NCBI RefSeq assembly: GCF_009914755.1
Contig: NC_060939.1
From: the human T2T-CHM13v2.0 reference genome, Homo sapiens
DNA length: 64,000 bases
Strand: one strand, 5' to 3'
Both the position numbers and the translations under genes were made by a program. Under the pieces are notes generated by a model. The model did not search any database and was not told the DNA's origin. It worked only from the letters and a program-made list of their open reading frames with translations. Every line of letters begins with the position of its first letter. Within the stretch, counting starts at the first letter, position 1. Below, piece by piece: positions 54,393-64,000 of this stretch.

Positions 54393-54569
54393 ATAGTTCT
54401 TAAACATAGCTGCACATTAGAATCCATCTGGGGAGCTTTAAAAATTCCACTTTCTGATCCTCACCCCAGACCAATTATACTAGACTCTCTGGGGGTGGGT
54501 CTCGGCAATAGGCATCTTTTAAAAGCTTCTCAAATGATTCCAAAGTGCAACTAAGATTGAGAATTACTG
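54393..54569. mobile_element. MER5-family element
   Basis: CTGCACATTAGAATC..GGGGAGCTTTAAAA..TTGAGAATTACTG. Confidence 0.7.
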
Positions 54570-54802
54570 CCAGTTAAATTATTGCCTGACTTAAAAAACA
54601 TCTCCTTTACAGAGCCTAAAATTCCACTACAAAATCATTGTCACTGGGGTTAATGACTGTCCTTTCTCAACTGTAAATATGCGTAAAGATTAAATTAACC
54701 AAATGCTTTGATTCAAATTAGCTTAGTAAGAGCACTTGCTTCCTAACGCCTAGCTAAGTTGAGCCTTTTGAAGAGGTTGAAAGTTTAAACAGAGTTAGAA
54801 AT

Positions 54803-55104
<302 letters not shown>

Positions 55105-55631
55105 TTAGAAAAAAAGACACCTCATTTTGGAGTACACTGTGTCATGAAATACTTTCAGAGAAATAAGTTCTGAATAGACTGCAAAAAGGAAAGCAACAAG
55201 CAATTAGAAACCATCATGTGGACACCAGGAATGTGAATACAGAAGAGGATGAACCTGAACACAAAGGGGCAGGAAGGTGAACCAAAGACTAATTGCAACT
55301 ACTTCAAGTTTGTCTAAAAATGTCCCTTAGTCCAATTCATAATGTAAACATTCCTAATAATATCAAGTCTTTAAGGTTGTATGGAGAAGGCGTCTAGATA
55401 TGTAGAGTATCTTAGTATTTTTTCTATGTATTATTTAATTGATTAAACATTTACTGTACTTACTTGTTATTTTATGTAACATATTTAATCCTTACAGCCT
55501 CATGAAGTAAACAGTATTATCTCCATTTTATAGATAAGAAAACCGAGTAGGTTTGAAGGAAATGGGATCAACTTTGCTTTGTCACACTGAAAAGAAACTT
55601 AATCATGTCTCTATTTGGTATCTGAAAGAAG

Positions 55632-55633
<2 letters not shown>

Positions 55634-55668
<35 letters not shown>
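55634..55668. repeat. (TG)n microsatellite
   Basis: Read directly. Confidence 0.95.
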
Positions 55669-55669
<1 letters not shown>

Positions 55670-55714
55670 ACGCATGTGTATCTCACAGCTGTCCTGAATA
55701 ATTATGCTTCATAA

Positions 55715-56051
<337 letters not shown>

Positions 56052-56570
56052 ATGGCCTGTTTTCTTTAATCGTGCTTATTCATACCCACACACACTTCCC
56101 ATTTTGATGATAAATGGCTATCTTGAAAATTTTAAAAATTACTAAGCATAAAAGTAAACTGACACAAGATTACCAAATATTACACCTAGACTGATTTTCT
56201 AACCTCACAAAAAATTAAAAGCATAACCTGTTGTTTTATGAAGTAAGGTAAGGGAGAGATTTTATTTGCATACATTGAAACATTAGCAACCAAAGCAGGA
56301 GGCAACTAATGAGAAAGAATGAGCTTCCTTTCTTGAACTGAAAGGAATGTCATTTCCACCAGTACTTAACAAGTGACGTTTATAGAGAAGTTTCCTGTAA
56401 AATGAGACTGGCAGTAGTTTTAGTTACAGTGTTTTCTTCCTGATACAGGATCTTCAGGGACCACTAGAGAAGAAATTATTATTTGCTCTGGACTTAGTGA
56501 AACCTGGAATCACAGACCTGAGGTCACTTGGAGAAGAATGCCCAGGTATTTAAAAGTGTTTGTTCCCCCT

Positions 56571-57361
<791 letters not shown>

Positions 57362-57569
57362 TTACTTCAGTTCAAAAAACATTTATTAATGACACTGGAA
57401 ACAAACACTTGTACTCGACCTTGTAGGGGATGCAAATATCTAAGGGTCTAAGTTACCACTGTCTCTTGCCTGAATAATTGCAAACAACAAATAAAACCAC
57501 CTCCCGCCAAAATAAACAAATAACAAACTCTTGTGTCTCAGATACATTCATATTACAGCAAACATGTGC

Positions 57570-57792
57570 TTTTATTTTTTTATTTTTATTTTTTTGAGAC
57601 AGAGTCTCACGCTGTCGCCCAGGCTGGAGTTCAGTGGCACCATCTCAGCTCACTGCAACCTTTGCCTCCCGGGTTCAAGTGATTCTCCTGCCTATTCTGT
57701 TGGCCAGGATGGTCTCTATCTCTTGATCTGTGATCCACCCACCTCGGCCTCCAAAAGTGCTGGGATTACAGACTGGAGCCCCGCGCCAAGCC
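57570..57792 (-). mobile_element. AluS with internal deletion
   Basis: TSD AACATGTGCTTTTA; linker region missing. Confidence 0.85.
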
Positions 57793-57819
57793 AACATGTG
57801 CTTTTACAAACATAATTCT

Positions 57820-59210
<1,391 letters not shown>

Positions 59211-59440
59211 AGAAGCAGATCTATTTACAGACAGCAGTCTCTCTATGATCTAAATATGTCTATAAACATTTAAAACACACAAGAGATTAGGAAACTTCTA
59301 TCCTGCCGCATGCAAGCATTTCCAGAAAAAATGTGGATTATGCTATGGATATTACAGATGCTAATTGCAGAAGAATATAGGATCCATCCAGCTAAGTTTA
59401 TTCCAAAGGTGCAAGTTCCAAAGTTAGTGTGGTCTTCTTC

Positions 59441-59617
59441 TTTCTTTTTTCTTTATTTGAGAGATGAGATCTCACTATGTTGCCCAAGCTGGAGTGCAGT
59501 GGCTATTCACAAGCACTATCATTGTGTACTACAGCCTCAAACTTCTGGGCTCAAGCAACCCTCCTGTCTTATCCTCCCAAGTAGCTGGGATTACAGGTGT
59601 GCACCATTACACATGGC
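59441..59617 (-). mobile_element. FAM (fossil Alu monomer)
   Basis: GCAGTGGCTATTCACA, FAM-diagnostic in antisense. Confidence 0.8.
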
Positions 59618-59714
59618 TATAGTGGTTATCTTTTTGAAACAGGTTTTTATCAGGGCTAAATAACAGTATCTCCAATAACAGTGCTGGTAATTTCACTTAA
59701 AGAGCAAAATGCCT

Positions 59715-61236
59715 TTGGAAAAAACTGCTTTAAAGTTCATGTAGAACTAAAAAAGAGCCCACATTGCCAAGACAATCCTAAGCCAAAAGAACAAAGCTGG
59801 AGGCATCACACTACCTAACTTCAAACTATACTACAAGCCTACAGTAACCAAAACAGCATGGTACTGGTATCAAAACAGATATACAGACAAATGGAACAGA
59901 ACAGAGGCCTCAGAAATAACACCATACATCTAAAACCATCTGATCTTTGACAAACCTGACAAAAACAAGAAATGGGGAAAGGATTCCCTATGTAATAAAT
60001 GGTGCTGGGAAAACTGGCTGGCCATATGTAGAAAGCTGAATCTGGATCCCTTCCTTACACCTTATACAAAAATTAATTCGAGATGGATTAAAGACTTAAA
60101 TGTTAGATCTAAAACCATAAAAACCCTAGAAGAAAACCTAGGCAATACCATTCAGGACATAGGCATGGGCAAGGACTTCATGACTGAAACACCAAAAGCA
60201 ATGGCAACAAAAGCCAAAATTGACAAATGGGATCTAATTAAACTAAGGAGCTTCTGCACAGCAAAAGAAACTACCATCAGAGTGAACAGGCAACCTATAG
60301 AATGGGAGAAAATTTTTGAAATCTACCCATCTGACAAAGGGCTAATATCCAGAATCTACAAAGAACTTAAACAAATGTACAAGAAACAAACAAACAACCC
60401 CATCAAAAAGTGGGCAAAGGATATGAACAGACACTTCTCTAAAAAAGACATCTATGCAGCCAACAGACACAAGAAAAAATGCTCATCACTGGTCATCAGA
60501 AAAATGCAAATCAAAACCACAATGAGATACCATCTCATGCCAGTTAGAATGGCTATCATTAAAAAGTCAGGAAACAACAGATGCTGGAGAGGATATGGAG
60601 AAATAGGAACGCTTTTACACTGTTGGTGGGAGTGTAAATTAGTTCAACCATTGTGGAAGACAGTGTGGCGATTCCTCAAGGATCTAGAACTGGAATTACC
60701 ATTTGACCCAGCCATCCCATTACTGGGTATATATTCAAAGTATTATAAATCGTGCTACTATAAAGACACATGCACATGTATGTTTATTGCAGCACTATTC
60801 ACAATAGCAAAGACTTGGAACCAACCCAAATGTCCATCAATGATAGACTGGATTAAGAAAATGTGGCACATATACGCTATGGAATACTATGCAGCTATAA
60901 AAAAGGTTGAGTTCATGTCCTTTGCAGAGACATGGATGAAGCTGGAAACCATCATTCTGAGCAAACTATTACAAGGACAGAAAACCAAACACCGCATGTT
61001 CTCACTCATAGGTGGGAATTGAACAAGGAGATCACTTGGACACAGGGCAGGGAACATCACACACTGGGGCCTGTCGGTGGGGTGGGGAGCTGGGAGAGGA
61101 ATAGCATTAGAGACATACCTAATGTAAATGATGAGTTGATTGGGGCAGCAAACAAACATGACACATGTATACCTATGTATCAAACCTGCACATTGTGCAC
61201 ATGTACCCTAGAACTTAGAGTATAATAATTAAAAAA
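59715..61236 (+). mobile_element. 5'-truncated L1PA (about L1PA6-7): ORF2 3' part and 3' UTR
   Basis: ORF 60165-61022 matches the ORF2p C-terminus ([15 protein letters not shown]). 16-bp TSD AAAGAGCAAAATGCCT at 59699-59714 and 61237-61252; upstream stop codons present. Confidence 0.93.
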
Positions 61237-61958
61237 AAAGAGCAAAATGCCTCAATTTTTCAAAGAAAAGAAGTTGATCTGGCCTTCAAAAATAAAATCA
61301 ATAAGATCAAATTATTTAAAACTCTTCTTCTAGTTCAGGAAAATAAATTCTCATAAACAACTGGTGTGACCACATCTGCCTAAAAGACCAATTTGGCAAT
61401 TAGTTTCCTATAAGCAAAAGGCACCTGATAATGTTTCCATTTTCTATGGCACAATGCTTTAATGACAGTCCTGTGTGATGCAATAACACAAACCTATCAT
61501 GACCTTGAAATTTCTTACATGTATTCTGAGGGATTTGGCATTTTTTTTTTCTTGCTTTCAGGTGCATTGTTTGATGTGTGAATGGCATTCCTTCTGCATG
61601 CATCTCAGTAACAGAATATAACACAGTTCCATATACTTGTGGGTGTCTTCTTTCCCTAGTTCCTGCATAAAGTATTTGCAAGAAAGTATGGAATTGTGGT
61701 AATTCCTCCAAGGATGAATATTTCCTATACTTATATCAATGTATGTTTTGCTGCTGTTTCTGGGCTTTTCTGAAGACAGAATAAACTTTCATTTCAATTC
61801 TGAATCATGATGCAATCATGATTAATTTTAAATGGTGATTAAGCTTAATACCTGTATTTCAAACAGTGCCTATAACTTAAGCAATATCAACTGAACAGTA
61901 TGACCAAGGCCATGCACACATGCATAGGCATTGACAACTATGAAAAGGCTGCTGCTTG

Positions 61959-62201
61959 GGGCGTGGTGGCTCATGCCTGTAATCCCAGCACTATGGGAGG
62001 CCGAGGCAGGCATATCACCTGAGGTCGAGAGTTCGAGACCAGCCTGGCCAACATGGTGAAACCCCGTCTCTACTAAACATACAAAAATTAGCCAGGCATG
62101 GTGTCGGGCACCTGTAATCCCAGCTACTTGGGAGGCTGAGGCCTGGGCGACAGAGTGAGGCTCCATCTCCAAAAAAAAAAGAAAGAAAGAAAGAAAAAAA
62201 G
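61959..62201 (+). mobile_element. AluS with right-arm deletion
   Basis: TSD AAAGGCTGCTGCTTG; junction GGAGGCTGAG/GCCTGGGCG. Confidence 0.88.
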
Positions 62202-62293
62202 AAAGGCTGCTGCTTGAGTAAGGAGTAAGAATAATTTTATGATTTTATACTCTGATTTCAGAAACACACCCTCATCTCAGAGATGCTAAAAGA

Positions 62294-63312
62294 TGTAGGG
62301 AAAAGAAAGAGAGATCAGACTGTTACTGTGTCTATGTAGAAAGGAAAGACATAAGAGACTCCATTTTGAAAAAGACCTGTATTTTAAATAATTGCTTTGC
62401 TGAGATGTTGTTAATTTGTAGCTTTGCCTCAACCACTTTGACCCAACCTGGAGCTCACAAAAACATGTGTTGTATGAAATCAAGGTTTAAGGGATCTAGG
62501 GCTGTGCAGGACGTGCCTTGTTAACAAAATGTTTACAAGTAGTATACTTGGTAAAAGTCATCGCCATTCTCTAGTCTCAATAAACCAGGGGCACAATGCA
62601 CTGTGGAAAGCTGCAGAGACCTCTGCCCTTGAAAGCGGGATATTGTCCAAGGTTTCTCCCCATGTGATAGTCTGAAATATGGCCTCATGGAATGAGAAAG
62701 ACCTGACCGTCCCCCAGCCCGACACTCGTAAAGGGTCTGTGCTGGGGTGGATTAGTAAAAGAGGAAAGTCTCTTGCAGTTGAGATAGATAGTGGAAGGCG
62801 ACTGTCTCCTGCCTGCCCCTGGGAACTTAATGTCTCGGTATAAAACTCAATTGTACATTTGTTCAATTCTGAGATAAGAGAAAAACCGCCCATGGTGGGA
62901 GGCGAGACATGTTTACAGCAATGCTGCCTTGTTATTCTTTACTCCACTGAGATGTTTGGGTGGAGAGAAACATAAATCTGGCTTACGTGCACGTCCAGTC
63001 ATAGTACCTTCCCTTGAACTTAATTATGACGTAGATTCTATTGCTCACATGTTTGTTGCTGACCTTCTCCTTATTATCACCCTGCCCTCCTACTACATTC
63101 CTTTTTGCTGAAATAATGAAGATAATAATCAATAAAAACTGAGGGAACTCAGAGACCGGTGCTGGTGCAGGACCTTGGTATGCTGAATGCAGGTCCCCGG
63201 GGCCCACTGTTGTTTCTCTATACTTTGTCTCTGTGTCTTATTTCTTTTCTCAGTCTCTCATCCCACCCGACTAAAAATACCCACAGGTGTGGAGGGGCAG
63301 GCCACCCCTTCA
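62294..63312 (+). mobile_element. HERV-K(HML-2) solo LTR, LTR5A/LTR5B type
   Basis: Starts TGTAGGGAAAAGAAAGAGAGATCAGACTG and ends CCACCCCTTCA; 1019 bp; TATAAAA at 62839-62845; AATAAA at 63131-63136; flanks AAAAGA/AAAAAA form a 5/6 TSD. Confidence 0.92.
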
Positions 63313-63384
63313 AAAAAATATGGAGAAAAGGAAGTACATCAGAGAGCCAGTGAAATATGGTGATCCTGCCTCCCCAACTAGACT

Positions 63385-63955
63385 GTGTCTTTGAAAGTTG
63401 GAACCTAGCTTCAGGTAGGATGCTTTCTGCAAATAACATCAATACTGATTCAAACTGTCCTAAATCAAAAGTTTATTGACTCACAAAAGCTTCAGCGTTA
63501 GTTAACTCAGAGGAAAAATTACATGATCAAGAACTCAGAGCCTCGTGTGGTGACACATATGTGTAGTCACAGCTACTCAGGAGGCTGAAGCAGGAGGATT
63601 GCCTGAACCTGGGAAGTCAAGGCTGCATTGAGCCATGATTGCGCCACTTGCACCCCAGCCTGGGTGACAGAATGATACCTTTTTTCTCAAAAAAAAAAAA
63701 AAAAAAAAAACAAACCTCCGTTTTTTCCATCTCTCTCCTCTGCCTTCTGTAATATAGGCTTAATTCTAAGCCTCCTCTGCCATAATCTCAAGATGATCTT
63801 CAGTAACTATCAGGCTATATAGGCTACATTCTACCCCTTAACACCCAGCAAGATCAATGAAGTTCCTTTCCCAGAGGCTTCCAGCAAACCTCCTGTGACT
63901 TGTTGGTCAAAATTGGTTCACATGTCTCTTAAGCCAATTACATGACAATGGAAAG
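63385..63955 (-). mobile_element. MLT1-like LTR with an inserted Alu monomer
   Basis: Degenerate MLT1 motifs flank the FRAM at 63540-63712. Confidence 0.45.
63540..63712 (+). mobile_element. FRAM / Alu right monomer
   Basis: Monomer consensus with poly(A). Confidence 0.8.
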
Positions 63956-63964
63956 GAGGGTTCT

Positions 63965-64000
63965 TTTTTTTTTTTTTTTGAGACGCAGTCTTGCTCTGTC
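63965..64000 (-). mobile_element. Alu 3' end (runs off window)
   Basis: Poly(T) followed by GAGACGCAGTCTTGCTCTGTC. Confidence 0.8.

Noticed and set aside
60165-61022. 285-aa ORF as a gene
   Set aside because: C-terminal part of L1 ORF2p in a 5'-truncated copy with no promoter or RT domain.
62929-63111. 60-aa ORF in the LTR
   Set aside because: Lies wholly within LTR5 sequence; non-ATG start; no evidence of coding.

Overview
Human genomic DNA (it carries an AluYb8, a human-specific subfamily) containing the 5' end of FRMD5 on the minus strand. The only protein-coding sequence I can support is the first coding exon (28488->28387, [34 protein letters not shown], donor CAG|GTCAGC), inside a CpG-island promoter with a GC box and CCAAT boxes. 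Bases 1-28386 are intron 1 and >29.2 kb is upstream DNA. The rest is dense in repeats: about 60 Alu/FAM/FLAM/FRAM copies, nested L1s, HAL1, HSMAR2, MER5, MIR, L2, MLT1 and a HERV-K(HML-2) solo LTR. Most notable observations: (1) a heavily decayed Ty3/gypsy pol relic (RT thumb, RNase H, HHCC, integrase core and GPF motifs in the correct order) in intron 1 at about 22150-24060, which the ORF track shows only as fragments; (2) a strong-Kozak uORF in the FRMD5 leader whose start codon lies in a 13-nt perfect complement of the exon 1 3' end; (3) a likely polymorphic AluYb8; (4) a (GGAA)15 microsatellite upstream of the gene; (5) a short L1 3' transduction and a templated-insertion repair scar inside nested L1s. 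Nearly all listed ORFs are repeat-derived. Repeat boundaries and subfamily calls are by eye and approximate. I found no convincing wholly new biological system.
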